DNA of 64,000 nucleotides from an uncultured Alphaproteobacteria bacterium (lineage in GTDB: Bacteria; Pseudomonadota; Alphaproteobacteria; JAJFIK01). Shown piece by piece: positions 17,456 through 26,857 of this stretch. Made by a program: the position numbers and the translations under genes. Under the pieces are notes generated by a model, which was given only the letters and a program-made list of their open reading frames with translations, ran no database searches and was not told the origin of the DNA. Positions within the stretch are counted from its first letter, which is position 1; each line of letters starts with the position of its first letter. The stretch lies in contig CAYYTT010000002.1 of assembly GCA_964474635.1 (NCBI GenBank), forward strand, positions 6,015 through 70,014. Reading direction: 5' to 3'.

Positions 17456-19054
17456 ATGCTCGTGATCCTGTCCCATGCCACGCCCACAAAATCATCCGCC
17501 CCGGTGCAAAAGATGGCGCATCAGCGGTCCGGGTCCCAAGAGGATCCGGATGCGGTAAAGCCTGGGCACTCGCAAGGCAGCACAGACTTTGCCGCTCTAA
17601 CCGCTGATCTCGTGAGCCAAGGCGCAGGCCCGCGGACGCCCCATCCCAACACCGTCGCAGTCCCGTCGGCTCCCCGGGGCGCGCCGGGTGACGGGCACCC
17701 ACCAGCCCATGGCGGGTCCGCAGCCGCCCCATCGCCCCGTCTTGTCACGGCGCTGCACATTGAGCCGCAAGGCCCGGTCCTTTCGAGCCCTCCTCCGGTC
17801 AGTGATCCGGATGCGGCAGACACCAATGCAGCAACACCCTCTCTGCACCCCAGCGCTGCGTCGTTTGCGGAGCAAAAACACGCGACGACCCCTCGCGCCG
17901 TGGTGACAGGATCAAAGGGGATCCCGCCGCAAGGCGGCGAACCGATGATCCCAACGCAGGCCAACCATACGAGCCCTGCGCAAAAGACCGTGGGCGCCCA
18001 AGTCCCCCAACAGTCAAGCGCGACGCCACTCGAAACGGCAGGCCCCGCTCCCAATAGGGGGCAAAGTGAGACATCCGATCGCCTTGCATCAGGACACCCA
18101 ATCGGCGGCGCCGTGGACTCCGCTGAACGAGGCACGGGCAGGGCTGCTTCCGCAGCGCCCCCGCCCACTGTTGTCCAAGGCCGGCATGGCGATCAGGCCG
18201 GCGCCAAGGATGCAGGTCTCGACGCGCCAGGCAATCCTGACAAATCCGTAGGCGAAGCGGATCTGCACAGTGTTCAGCCGAGTTCGCGCGGATTGACCGA
18301 CGAAAGCTATTCCGTCTCCGGAGCGCCCCATCCCGCCGCCGGAGCGCTACATTCCGCCGCCGGAGCGCCCCATCCCGCCGCCGCAGCGCTAAGGCGTGAT
18401 GCCAAACCGGCCCAGTCGGAAAGCGCGGCCCAACTGCTCCGCTCCGAGGGCATGCCGTCTGTCCATGGCACCAAGGACGCCGGGCCCGATGCGACCATGC
18501 GTGCCCTTGAACCCCTTGCGCCGCCGGCCCCGAACGCAGCGGGCCCCGGACCGGCGCGGCCCCCTGCAATTGACGCGCCCGTGCCGGCGCCACCATCACC
18601 ATCGTCATCACCGCCACCGCCACCAACCGCGCAGCTCGCCGAAGCCTTCCAGGCCAGGTCCATGGCAAGCGGCACTCGCTTTGTCCTGGAACTGGTCCCC
18701 GCAACACTGGGGCGTATTGGTGTTTCTGTCCTCATCAAGGATGGGCAGATGCGTGTGAATATCCGCAGTGAGCGGACGGATGTTCTAGCGGCCCTGCAAG
18801 GGGAGACCCGGGTCCTTGAGCGCCAATTGGAGCCCCACCTGGCCCGTGGCAATCAGGCGCTGCTGGAGTTCGAACTCGACCATCGTGGTGAAGGCAGTCA
18901 TAGTCATCAAGAGGCGGACGAAAAGGCTAGGGAGACCCGGCCCGGCCCCGAGGTTCGACAGAACGTCGTCCCCGATGTCCCCTCCGCCGAGGCGCCCCGC
19001 CCCGGTCGGCCCGCCATGGATCGCACCATTTCCACCATTGATGTCACATTGTAA
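17456..19054 (+). CDS. fliK: Flagellar hook-length control protein FliK (MotD-like), Pro/Ala-rich
   Basis: C-terminal Flg_hook block FVLELVPATLGRIGVSVLIKDGQMRVNIRSERTDVLAALQGETRVLERQLE. Immediately upstream of flgD. The start is uncertain: ATG 17456 follows GGAG, but the ORF is open from 17255. Confidence 0.7.
   Translation: MLVILSHATPTKSSAPVQKMAHQRSGSQEDPDAVKPGHSQGSTDFAALTADLVSQGAGPRTPHPNTVAVPSAPRGAPGDGHPPAHGGSAAAPSPRLVTALHIEPQGPVLSSPPPVSDPDAADTNAATPSLHPSAASFAEQKHATTPRAVVTGSKGIPPQGGEPMIPTQANHTSPAQKTVGAQVPQQSSATPLETAGPAPNRGQSETSDRLASGHPIGGAVDSAERGTGRAASAAPPPTVVQGRHGDQAGAKDAGLDAPGNPDKSVGEADLHSVQPSSRGLTDESYSVSGAPHPAAGALHSAAGAPHPAAAALRRDAKPAQSESAAQLLRSEGMPSVHGTKDAGPDATMRALEPLAPPAPNAAGPGPARPPAIDAPVPAPPSPSSSPPPPPTAQLAEAFQARSMASGTRFVLELVPATLGRIGVSVLIKDGQMRVNIRSERTDVLAALQGETRVLERQLEPHLARGNQALLEFELDHRGEGSHSHQEADEKARETRPGPEVRQNVVPDVPSAEAPRPGRPAMDRTISTIDVTL
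18320..18391 (+). repeat. 21-bp in-frame tandem repeat (about 3.4 units) inside fliK encoding GAPHPAA/GALHSAA/GAPHPAA/AAL
   Basis: GGAGCGCCCCATCCCGCCGCC, GGAGCGCTACATTCCGCCGCC, GGAGCGCCCCATCCCGCCGCC, GCAGCGCTA. Read directly. Confidence 0.9.
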
Positions 19055-19065
19055 GGAGAGGACCG

Positions 19066-19758
19066 ATGACGGATCCAATTTCAAGTCTTACTGCCCAGAC
19101 AACAGCCGGGGCACGGAGCACCGATGGGCGCTCGGGGACGTCTTCCCCTGGCAATCCGCTCCTCGACAATGAGGACTTTTCGACCTTTCTCGGCCTCCTG
19201 ACCGCGCAACTCCAATACCAGGACCCCATGGATCCCATGAACACGGATCAATTCGTGACCCAGCTTACCCAGTTCAGTCAGTTGGAACAGAGTGTCCGGG
19301 GCAACGATACGTTGGATGCCATCCGTGCGGACCTGGCGGGGCGCGGCGTTCAATCGGACGTGTCCCTGATTGGCCGGTCCGTCTTGACGGCGAGTAACGA
19401 GATCATTCTGGGTAAGGATGGCGCGACCATACGTTTTGAAGACGTCCCGGCGGGCGAGACGGTCGAGGTCCAGATTTCGGACGGGAATGGTGAGGCCGTC
19501 TCGACGTTTCCCGTCACGGCGACGCAGGGTGAAACTGTGGTGGAATGGTCCGGACGCACTGCTTCCGGTGACCAGATTGCGGAAGGGACGTATAAGGTGG
19601 ACCTGCGCCGCAAAGGTGTGGATGGCGCAGGTACCAGCCCTGTTCAGCCGTTGACCTTTGCCGCCGTCACCGAAGTGCGCCTTGTCGGCGGCACCGCCGA
19701 GCTTGTCCTCGACGGCGGCCTTCGCATCCCCGCATCCGAGGTCAGAGCGGTCCGCTAG
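19066..19758 (+). CDS. flgD: Flagellar hook capping/assembly protein FlgD
   Basis: FSTFLGLLTAQLQYQDPMDPMNTDQFVTQLTQFSQLEQ signature plus a C-terminal FlgD Ig-like region. Confidence 0.92.
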   Translation: MTDPISSLTAQTTAGARSTDGRSGTSSPGNPLLDNEDFSTFLGLLTAQLQYQDPMDPMNTDQFVTQLTQFSQLEQSVRGNDTLDAIRADLAGRGVQSDVSLIGRSVLTASNEIILGKDGATIRFEDVPAGETVEVQISDGNGEAVSTFPVTATQGETVVEWSGRTASGDQIAEGTYKVDLRRKGVDGAGTSPVQPLTFAAVTEVRLVGGTAELVLDGGLRIPASEVRAVR

Positions 19759-20212
19759 AGGGTTCCTGGAGCAAAAGCCGGTCAAAAAGGACGGCCGTGA
19801 TCGGGACAGTGTCTTGATACACCGTTTCCAGGTGACGTTTGAGATCGTCCCCCAGATCTTTCGGCGAAACGCTTCCCTTTGCGAACCTGCCTTTCGCTGA
19901 AAGATCGAATAACCCTTCCAGAAGGGCATGCCGCAGCACAGGACGGGACAGGGCGAGGGTCCGGTTGCCCTTACTCTCCGGCGGCACAGCAAGATTGATT
20001 TCCGCAAGGAGCAAGGCGTCGAACCCACCGCCCGGACCCGCCACAGGCACCACGAATTGACCGGCGGGCACGATGATACTGCGCGACAGGGCCGGGGCAA
20101 GGTCTGTTTCCACAGCGTTGGCCGGCGCCAAGTGTCGGCCTGTCATGAAACCATAAGCGGCACCAGTCAAGCCTAGTACCAAGCAGAGAGCCACAATATG
20201 GAAAAGACGCAT
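19742..20212 (-). CDS. fliL: FliL-family flagellar basal-body-associated protein (paralog 1)
   Basis: Start at ATG 20212 after GGAGA. Single N-terminal TM (MRLFHIVALCLVLGLTGAAYGF). FliL-like C-terminus (ITAVLFDRLLLQE). Sits after flgH, as in Rhizobiales clusters. Confidence 0.65.
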   Translation of the reverse strand: MRLFHIVALCLVLGLTGAAYGFMTGRHLAPANAVETDLAPALSRSIIVPAGQFVVPVAGPGGGFDALLLAEINLAVPPESKGNRTLALSRPVLRHALLEGLFDLSAKGRFAKGSVSPKDLGDDLKRHLETVYQDTVPITAVLFDRLLLQEPSSGPL

Positions 20213-20256
20213 TCCGGATAATCTCCAGCATGAAGGAAAGGGAGGGGTGGCACCCC

Positions 20257-21006
20257 TCAAAAGGGCATGATGATGTCGTAGACCTGCTGGCCGATCCGCG
20301 GCTGTGCCACATTGGAAATCTGACCCCGGCCACCATAGGCGACCCGCGCCTCGGCGATCTGGTCGTACTGGATCGTGTTGTTCTGGGCGATGTCCTCGCG
20401 GCGGATGACCCCGGCAATCCGCAACTCTCGCAGTTCAAAATTGACGCGAACCTCCTGGCGGCCCGCGATGACCAGATTGCCGTTGGGCAATTGCTGGGTC
20501 ACAACGGCCGCGACGCGCAAGGAAATGGACTCGTTCCGGTCGATGGTTCCGCTGCCGTCGCTCCGGCTGGCCGAGCCAATATCAACAGCCGTGTCCGGAT
20601 CAAAACTCTCCGGCAAGGCCTTGGACAGGCTCGACTGCAAGCCGAAAAGGTCGCCCACATCCAATTCCTCGCGGCCATCGCGCGCCCTGGATGTGGAATT
20701 GCGCAAGGTTGCCTCGTCATCGATTTCGATCAGGACCGTCAGCAGGTCCCCAACCTGGCGGGCTCGCTGATCCTGAAAGAAACTCGTACGTCCGGCCGTC
20801 CAGATGGCGCCGCGTGTCCGGACGGAATGGATGGGGGCCGGCATGGGCATGGACACGATCCGGGCTTCCTCCTGTTGGGCCGGGTCGCCAATGGCCGAAA
20901 TGTCGGGCGGTCGGCCGAGGCTGTTCAACTGGCCCGCACAGCCCGCCGCGAGCGTGCCTAGGCAGATGACCGCCACGCAACGATGAAACGAACCTACAAC
21001 GCTCAC
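20257..21006 (-). CDS. flgH: Flagellar L-ring lipoprotein FlgH
   Basis: Lipobox LGTLAAGCAG. FFQDQRARQVGDLLTVLI, GNLVIAGRQEVRVNFELRELRIAGVIR, YGGRG blocks. Confidence 0.92.
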   Translation of the reverse strand: MSVVGSFHRCVAVICLGTLAAGCAGQLNSLGRPPDISAIGDPAQQEEARIVSMPMPAPIHSVRTRGAIWTAGRTSFFQDQRARQVGDLLTVLIEIDDEATLRNSTSRARDGREELDVGDLFGLQSSLSKALPESFDPDTAVDIGSASRSDGSGTIDRNESISLRVAAVVTQQLPNGNLVIAGRQEVRVNFELRELRIAGVIRREDIAQNNTIQYDQIAEARVAYGGRGQISNVAQPRIGQQVYDIIMPF

Positions 21007-21740
21007 GGATGGCCTCCATTGCCGATCAGGGAAACCGTGTCCGGGCCCGTGACGACGGCCTGCACCACGCGGCCACTCTCAAGATTAGCCACGCGGACGA
21101 CTTCCCGTCGCCCGCCGTCCTCAAGCGCCTTGCCTTGAATTTCGATCCGAAGGCCGCCTTTTGCAAAGATCATGCGCACAAGCCTGTTGCGCGCCACAAG
21201 ACGCGGCGGCCGGAGCATCCGCGCCTGCAACGGCCGCCCGGGCATGAGCACCCGCCGAGCCTCATGGCCAAGGGCGTCATCTTCGCTTGTGAGGGATTGG
21301 GGTGGGAGGTCGGCCAGATTGAGGCGTACCATCTCAATATCGGCCGCTGCGATCATTTCCCCTGGCTCGATGCGTCGTACCGGGACGGGTACAAGAATCT
21401 GGCGCACCGCCCGGCCGAGCACCGCATGTCGCCTCACAATGCCTTGAGCATCCCGGTAAAGAGCATTCACACGAAAACGACCTGTACGCCGTTCGAAGCG
21501 GACACGGCCAATTTCATCGATTTTCCTCGGCGGCAGGGAAAAAAACTCCACCGAGAGATGGCCGGCGCTCTCGTCATGAGGTCCTTCAGAGGCCAAAATG
21601 GCCTGGCGCACCAGGGCCTCAAGTGACGCGTGTGTCCCGTCATCGGCTCTGGCGGCCGGTGTAACGGCCATGACTGCGGCAATCACGATACACAGGCGAT
21701 ATACCGTCCGCTTCATGATAGATCTGATTTCAAAGGGCAT
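21003..21740 (-). CDS. flgA: Flagellar P-ring assembly chaperone FlgA
   Basis: Signal peptide. SAF/FlgA C-terminus (RIEPGEMIAAADIEMV, LVRMIFAKGGLRIEIQGKALEDGGRREVVRVANLESGRVVQAVV). 4-nt overlap with flgH. Confidence 0.85.
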   Translation of the reverse strand: MPFEIRSIMKRTVYRLCIVIAAVMAVTPAARADDGTHASLEALVRQAILASEGPHDESAGHLSVEFFSLPPRKIDEIGRVRFERRTGRFRVNALYRDAQGIVRRHAVLGRAVRQILVPVPVRRIEPGEMIAAADIEMVRLNLADLPPQSLTSEDDALGHEARRVLMPGRPLQARMLRPPRLVARNRLVRMIFAKGGLRIEIQGKALEDGGRREVVRVANLESGRVVQAVVTGPDTVSLIGNGGHP

Positions 21741-21744
21741 GGGC

Positions 21745-22530
21745 TCAGCGCAGATTGGAGACCGTTGCGGACATCTGATCGCCCGTCTCGATGACTTTCG
21801 CGTTCATTTCATAGGCGCGCTGGACGGTGATCAAATCGGTGATTTCCTCGACGATGTTCACATTGGCTGCCTCCACATATCCCTGACGGACGGATCCGAA
21901 ACCGTCCTGGCCCGGCGTTCCTGGAATGGGTTCACCCGAGCCCTGTGTCGCGCGGTAGAGATTGTCACCCATGGCCTCAAGGCCGGCTTCATTGATGAAC
22001 CGTATGGTTTGAATTTCGCCGATCAGACGTTGTTCCGTCTCACCACTGACCACCGCGAACACTTCACCGGACCGGTTGATGACCACGTCAGTCGCGGCGT
22101 CCGGAATGACGATTCCCGGCTCGACCTGATAGCCGTCCACAGTGACGATCAACCCTTCCGGCGAACGTTGAAACGTTCCAGCCCGGGAGTAGGCCGTCTC
22201 ACCGCTCGGCAATTCAATGGCGAAGAAACCGGGGCCGTCCATGGCAAGATCAAGCGGATTGCCGGTGGATGTGAGCGCGCCTTGCGTTTCAATTCGGGCC
22301 ACGGCCGATGGTTTCACGCCAAGGCCAATCTCGACGCCCACCGGTACGATCGTACCGGCATCGGATGAAAATGTTCCCTGGCGCCGCTCCGACTGGTACA
22401 TGAGGTCGGTGAATTCCGCACGGGCTCTTTTGAAGGCGGTCGTATTGGCATTGGCAATGTTGTTGGCGATAACCTCGATGCTCATCTGCTGCGCCATCAT
22501 GCCGGTTGCCGCCGTTTTCAAGACTTGCAT
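21745..22530 (-). CDS. flgG: Flagellar distal rod protein FlgG
   Basis: MQVLKTAATGMMAQQMSIEVIANNIANANTTAFKRARAEF N-terminus and VEAANVNIVEEITDLITVQRAYEMNAKVIETGDQM C-terminus. Confidence 0.95.
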   Translation of the reverse strand: MQVLKTAATGMMAQQMSIEVIANNIANANTTAFKRARAEFTDLMYQSERRQGTFSSDAGTIVPVGVEIGLGVKPSAVARIETQGALTSTGNPLDLAMDGPGFFAIELPSGETAYSRAGTFQRSPEGLIVTVDGYQVEPGIVIPDAATDVVINRSGEVFAVVSGETEQRLIGEIQTIRFINEAGLEAMGDNLYRATQGSGEPIPGTPGQDGFGSVRQGYVEAANVNIVEEITDLITVQRAYEMNAKVIETGDQMSATVSNLR

Positions 22531-22576
22531 GGAACCTTATCCTCTTTGTGGAAACGCTAGCAATCAATCGGTCAGA

Positions 22577-23308
22577 TCAGCTGCTGGGCCGGCCAAGGCG
22601 GCTGATGCTGTCCTTTTTCAATTCATGGCCGTCCGTTGCGGTCCGGCTCGAGTTCTCATAGGCGCGTGCCAGCTCGATCATCCGTGTCATTTCCAGGATG
22701 GGACGCACATTGGACCCCTCCAACGCACCTTGAACAATTGAGGTTTCAAAGGCGGGCAGGGGGGCGACATTGCCCGGTGCCTTGTACAGACTGTTGGCCT
22801 CGCGCTCGAGCATGCTGACATTATCGAACTCATAAAGGCCGATCCGGCCAATAAGCTGTCCGTCCGCTGTCAAAGTTCCGTCTCGACCGATATCGATGCG
22901 TTCGGTCTCCGGCGGAAGCGGAATGGCGGCGCCTCCGTCGTCAAGAATGACACCGCCATGAACATTGATTAAAAAGCCATCCGTTGAAAGAGTGAGACGA
23001 CCATCCCGGGAGTAACGCACGCTGCCGTCCTCCGCCTCTACCTGGAACCAGCCGGGCCCGCGCAGGGCAATATCGAGCGGGCGCCCGGTCTGGCTCATGG
23101 TGCCGGCCGTGACATCCGTATACGTGGCGCGATCAATCACGAAGGAGACCGGGTTGTCGCGGTTCGCCCGGCTCAAGGCGGTGTCGAACAAGGAGCGTTC
23201 CGCCCGAAAGGCCGTGGTGTTCATGTTGGCGAGGTTGTGGGCGATGACCTGCAACTCCCGCCGCAAGGCCACCTGTCCGGACAAGCTGACATAGAGCGAC
23301 GTATCCAC
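22577..23308 (-). CDS. flgF: Flagellar proximal rod protein FlgF
   Basis: MDTSLYVSLSGQVALRRELQVIAHNLANMNTTAFRAE N-terminus. LEGSNVRPILEMTRMIELARAYE C-terminus. Confidence 0.9.
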   Translation of the reverse strand: MDTSLYVSLSGQVALRRELQVIAHNLANMNTTAFRAERSLFDTALSRANRDNPVSFVIDRATYTDVTAGTMSQTGRPLDIALRGPGWFQVEAEDGSVRYSRDGRLTLSTDGFLINVHGGVILDDGGAAIPLPPETERIDIGRDGTLTADGQLIGRIGLYEFDNVSMLEREANSLYKAPGNVAPLPAFETSIVQGALEGSNVRPILEMTRMIELARAYENSSRTATDGHELKKDSISRLGRPSS

Positions 23309-23429
23309 GGTTTTCGACTCCCCTCCAGGCTTGACATTGTCTGATTTGAACTCGGCCTTAAACTAGGCGAGCTAGATTAAACCCGCGTTTCTATTCACGG
23401 GCGCAAATAAAAACGAGTTTTTCGGAAAA

Positions 23430-24986
23430 GTGGGGGCAACTTTGCTTCGAATTGTTCTTTTCGCGGTCTGTCTGGTCGGTACCAGTGCAGTGGGCGCGCC
23501 GCAGGCTGGCATGGCGGCCGATCTTCCCTGTCCGGACATGGTGGGTCTCCTGGCGTCCGGATCGCCGGACGGCAACGCGCGGCAGGCGCCCTTTACGCAA
23601 ACGCTAAAGGCTCTTGTTGGATCATCAGCACACCGCTTTGTAGATCATGAGCCTGACCCCGCGGTACAGGGTGACCGCGCTGTCCTGAAGGCCGCGGCCC
23701 ATTATGCTGCCCACGGGCTTTTTCAAGAAGTCCACGGGCTAAGACGCGGGATCGAGCCGGCTTGTGCAAATGCCAACTGGTTGCTGGGGGCTTCCCTCAT
23801 TGCGGCCGGCGCGCCGGCGGCCCAACGAGACCTTGAAATGCGGGCGGAGGCGGGGGATGGGGCCGCCGCCCTGTGGTTGATTTTGGGCATGTCGATCCGG
23901 ACCAAGAGTGCTCTTGGACCCTCTGGATTTCAGGCCGCGGCCCCGCATCTGGCGGATCTTCCGGTCACCTTGCGCGATGCGGGGCGCCTCCATCTTGCCT
24001 TCGCGGCCGCACAGGAGGGCGAAACGCAATTTGCAAAACGGCTTGTGGAGCAGTCGCCCTCACCGTCCGCGCGGGCCATCGCTTTGACCGGGGCCTTTGC
24101 GCTGAACAGTCTCCAGTCTCTTGTCGCTGGGATGCTTGCGGAGCATGCCGGCGCGTTCGATGCGGCCAAGGGCCATTATGACGCCGCCATCGCATCCGGC
24201 GGACGGCCCGGCGCGGAAGCGGCCTTGCGCTGTGCCAATCTGCTTTGGCAGGAAACACCGGAACTCTTGCCACAAACCATCCAGCGCCTGGAGGACCTGC
24301 GCTGGGCCTGGCGCGGCGATGAGGTGGAAGCGCGCACGCTGCTGACCTTGATCCGCGCCTATTCCCTGCGGGGGAACGACACCATCGCTTTGGATCTGGC
24401 GGTGACCTTTGCCGCCCGGTTTCCCGAACGCGCCGATCGGGCACGGACAATCATTGATGCCATTGTGGAAACCAAATTCGTAAAGGCGCCGGAGACAGAG
24501 CAGGACACTCTGATGCGGTTTGAAGGGCTTGCCCGTCTCATGCGCCGGGGGGCGTCCGAGACGTCAGGCTCCGGGTCGGTCAGGCAGGCTTTGCAGATAC
24601 TGTCCGAAACATATCATCTGCCAACGGATCTGGTGACTTATGGGGCCGCGGTCGCACCGGTTCGTTTAGCATTGCGGGGGTTAAAGGGCACGAGCACCGC
24701 CCAAAGCCCATCCCTCGAAACCCAAGAGTACGAGCCCCTCACGGGGCATACCGAGAAGCCAGGTGCGGTCGTTGATGCAACCGATCTGCCGCAACGGGAC
24801 AAAATGCTCCTCTCACTGCTCAATATTCCCGATGCTCCGGACGTCCCCGCGGCGGATGAAGAAAGGGGTTTGAGCGCCATCGATAGGGCTTTGCAGTACA
24901 GCCGGAACCTTGAAACCCTGGTCCGTGTCCATCTCTCGGGCCGTCTGAACGCGAGCACCACCCCAGAAGGAGGAGAAGGTCCATGA
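23430..24986 (+). CDS. Hypothetical exported Ala-rich helical-repeat protein, translationally coupled to motA (candidate MotC-like stator accessory)
   Basis: GTG start. Signal-like MGATLLRIVLFAVCLVGTSAVGAPQAG. 518 aa. Its stop overlaps the motA ATG (ATGA at 24983-24986). I recognise no family motif. Confidence 0.5.
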   Translation: MGATLLRIVLFAVCLVGTSAVGAPQAGMAADLPCPDMVGLLASGSPDGNARQAPFTQTLKALVGSSAHRFVDHEPDPAVQGDRAVLKAAAHYAAHGLFQEVHGLRRGIEPACANANWLLGASLIAAGAPAAQRDLEMRAEAGDGAAALWLILGMSIRTKSALGPSGFQAAAPHLADLPVTLRDAGRLHLAFAAAQEGETQFAKRLVEQSPSPSARAIALTGAFALNSLQSLVAGMLAEHAGAFDAAKGHYDAAIASGGRPGAEAALRCANLLWQETPELLPQTIQRLEDLRWAWRGDEVEARTLLTLIRAYSLRGNDTIALDLAVTFAARFPERADRARTIIDAIVETKFVKAPETEQDTLMRFEGLARLMRRGASETSGSGSVRQALQILSETYHLPTDLVTYGAAVAPVRLALRGLKGTSTAQSPSLETQEYEPLTGHTEKPGAVVDATDLPQRDKMLLSLLNIPDAPDVPAADEERGLSAIDRALQYSRNLETLVRVHLSGRLNASTTPEGGEGP

Positions 24987-25867
24987 GACCGGTTTTGGGC
25001 ATGACCATCGTCATTGCAAGTATCTTGGGGGGATATGCGGCCCTGGGAGGAAATCTTGGCGTGTTGTGGAACCCTTTCGAAATCCTGATCATTTGTGGGT
25101 CGGCATTCGGGGCCTTTGTCATCGCCAACCCTGCAAAACTCTTAACGGATACGGCCTCCGGCCTCGATCAGTTGCGCCGGGGTCGGCGGTTCAAGAAGCA
25201 GGACTATCTCGATCTTTTGTCCCTCCTGTTTGCGATCGTCAAGCAGGCCAGAACCCGCGGCCTTATGCAGCTTGAAAAGGATATCGAAAATCCATCCGAA
25301 AGTGCCTTGTTTGCCCAATATCCAAGCGTCATGGCGCACAAAAAGGGTCTTACGTTTCTAACCGACTATCTTCGCTTGATGTCTCTTGGTACGGAGAAAA
25401 GCTTTGAAATCGAAACCCTCATGGATGAGGAAATCGAAGTCATTGCGCGGGAGCGCACCAAAGCACCAAAGGCATTGAAGGCCCTGGGCGAAAGTTTACC
25501 CGCCCTTGGAATTGTCGCCGCCGTCCTCGGTGTCATCAAGGCCATGTCCGCTCTCAATCAGCCGCCGGATATTCTTGGCGCGCTGATCGCGGGGGCATTG
25601 GTGGGAACCTTCCTGGGTGTCCTGCTGTCCTACGGGCTGGTCAGCCCCCTCGCCATGGCTATTCGGGCCGATCGGGAGGACGAGTTGATGTATTTCCAGT
25701 GTATTCGCTCCGGCCTCGGCGCATATTTGCGCGGCGATCCGCCCCAAATCTGCGTGGAGTTTGCCCGGAAAGTCTTGCCCGAAAGCGCGCAGCCCCAATT
25801 CGATGAGGTCGAGGCAGCGATCAAGACAACCACACTTGCCAATCAGAGCGCCGCCACGGCCGCCTGA
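24983..25867 (+). CDS. motA: Flagellar stator protein MotA (set 1)
   Basis: 294 aa. MRPVLGMTIVIASILGGYAALGGNLGVLWNPFEILIICG, ALGIVAAVLGVIKAM and ALVGTFLGVLLSYGLVSPLA blocks. Confidence 0.92.
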   Translation: MRPVLGMTIVIASILGGYAALGGNLGVLWNPFEILIICGSAFGAFVIANPAKLLTDTASGLDQLRRGRRFKKQDYLDLLSLLFAIVKQARTRGLMQLEKDIENPSESALFAQYPSVMAHKKGLTFLTDYLRLMSLGTEKSFEIETLMDEEIEVIARERTKAPKALKALGESLPALGIVAAVLGVIKAMSALNQPPDILGALIAGALVGTFLGVLLSYGLVSPLAMAIRADREDELMYFQCIRSGLGAYLRGDPPQICVEFARKVLPESAQPQFDEVEAAIKTTTLANQSAATAA

Positions 25868-25896
25868 CGGACCAAATCAGGAAGAGAGCCTTAACC

Positions 25897-26760
25897 ATGA
25901 CCAAACCAGATCGGCCCGTTTTGGTCCGCCGCCGGAAAGTCCTGCTCGACACCCAGGACGAGGATGGTGGTGGAAGTTGGAAAATCGCCTATGCGGATTT
26001 TACCACCGCAATGATGGCACTCTTTATCGTGCTATGGCTCACATCCATCACGTCCGAAGAGCAACGCGATAAGCTGGCTGAGTTTTTCAATCCCATATCG
26101 GTCTCCCGATCCCATTCGGGCAGCGATGCGGTGCTCAACGGCCGAACAATCGATACGGAGGGTGCGCTCGATAAGGCTGCGCAAGAGACCAAGGCGTCAG
26201 CGCAGCAAAATGGGGGTGCTCCTGATGCCGATCGGCAACCCGGATGGTTGCCCGGTGATGCGCCGGGCGCTTCGCAACTGGCCGAACGCCTGGCCCAGGC
26301 GCTCCGGCAGAACGCCTCCCTAGCGGGCCTCGCGGACCAAGTGCGCATGGCCGTGGACGGGGACCGTCTGTCTGTCAGCATTCTTGATTCGCCCTCCGTG
26401 TCCATGTTCCAGGTGGGCAGTGCGGACCTGGCGCCGGAGGCTGAAACTCTCATCGGGACCATTGCCGAAACCCTTATGGCCGGATCCGGAATGATCCGGA
26501 TCGAGGGGCATACGGATGGGCGGACCTTCCCGCGCGGAGCCCGGTATTCCAATTGGGAATTGTCCGGTGACCGGGCGAACACGGCACGCCGTGCCCTCGA
26601 ACGGGCTGGTTTCCCCGCCGAGCGCATTGACCGGGTCGAGGGGTATGCGGACCGAATGCTGCTAAACCCTGAGGATCCGCTGCAGGATCAAAATCGGCGG
26701 GTCGTCATTCATCTTTATGGGCCTAAGGGCGCGGCACGTCCTTCCCTGTTGCCGGATTAA
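25897..26760 (+). CDS. motB: Flagellar stator protein MotB (set 1)
   Basis: GGGSWKIAYADFTTAMMALFIVLWL plug/TM with the conserved Asp. C-terminal OmpA-like block (IEGHTDGRTFPRGARYSNWELSGDRANTARRAL). Confidence 0.92.
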   Translation: MTKPDRPVLVRRRKVLLDTQDEDGGGSWKIAYADFTTAMMALFIVLWLTSITSEEQRDKLAEFFNPISVSRSHSGSDAVLNGRTIDTEGALDKAAQETKASAQQNGGAPDADRQPGWLPGDAPGASQLAERLAQALRQNASLAGLADQVRMAVDGDRLSVSILDSPSVSMFQVGSADLAPEAETLIGTIAETLMAGSGMIRIEGHTDGRTFPRGARYSNWELSGDRANTARRALERAGFPAERIDRVEGYADRMLLNPEDPLQDQNRRVVIHLYGPKGAARPSLLPD

Positions 26761-26857
26761 AAATGATCCGGGATTGATGAAAATGCCAGATTTTCCCTGG
26801 CTTTAAACCCGTTCGCTTAAGCTGATCGGGTTGCCAATCCTTGAGCGGGAGGACCAA

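Noticed and set aside
17799-18707. 302-aa minus-strand ORF and other ORFs overlapping fliK
   Set aside because: The plus-strand frame ends in a clear FliK C-terminal domain and is followed by flgD. The antisense frames are repeat-driven Arg/Pro/Ala strings.
23308-23430. TTAA..TTAA pair (CTTAAACTAGGCGAGCTAGATTAAAC) in the flgF / orf23430 divergent spacer as a CtrA box
   Set aside because: The spacing between the TTAA elements is 15 nt, not 7, so it does not fit the CtrA consensus.
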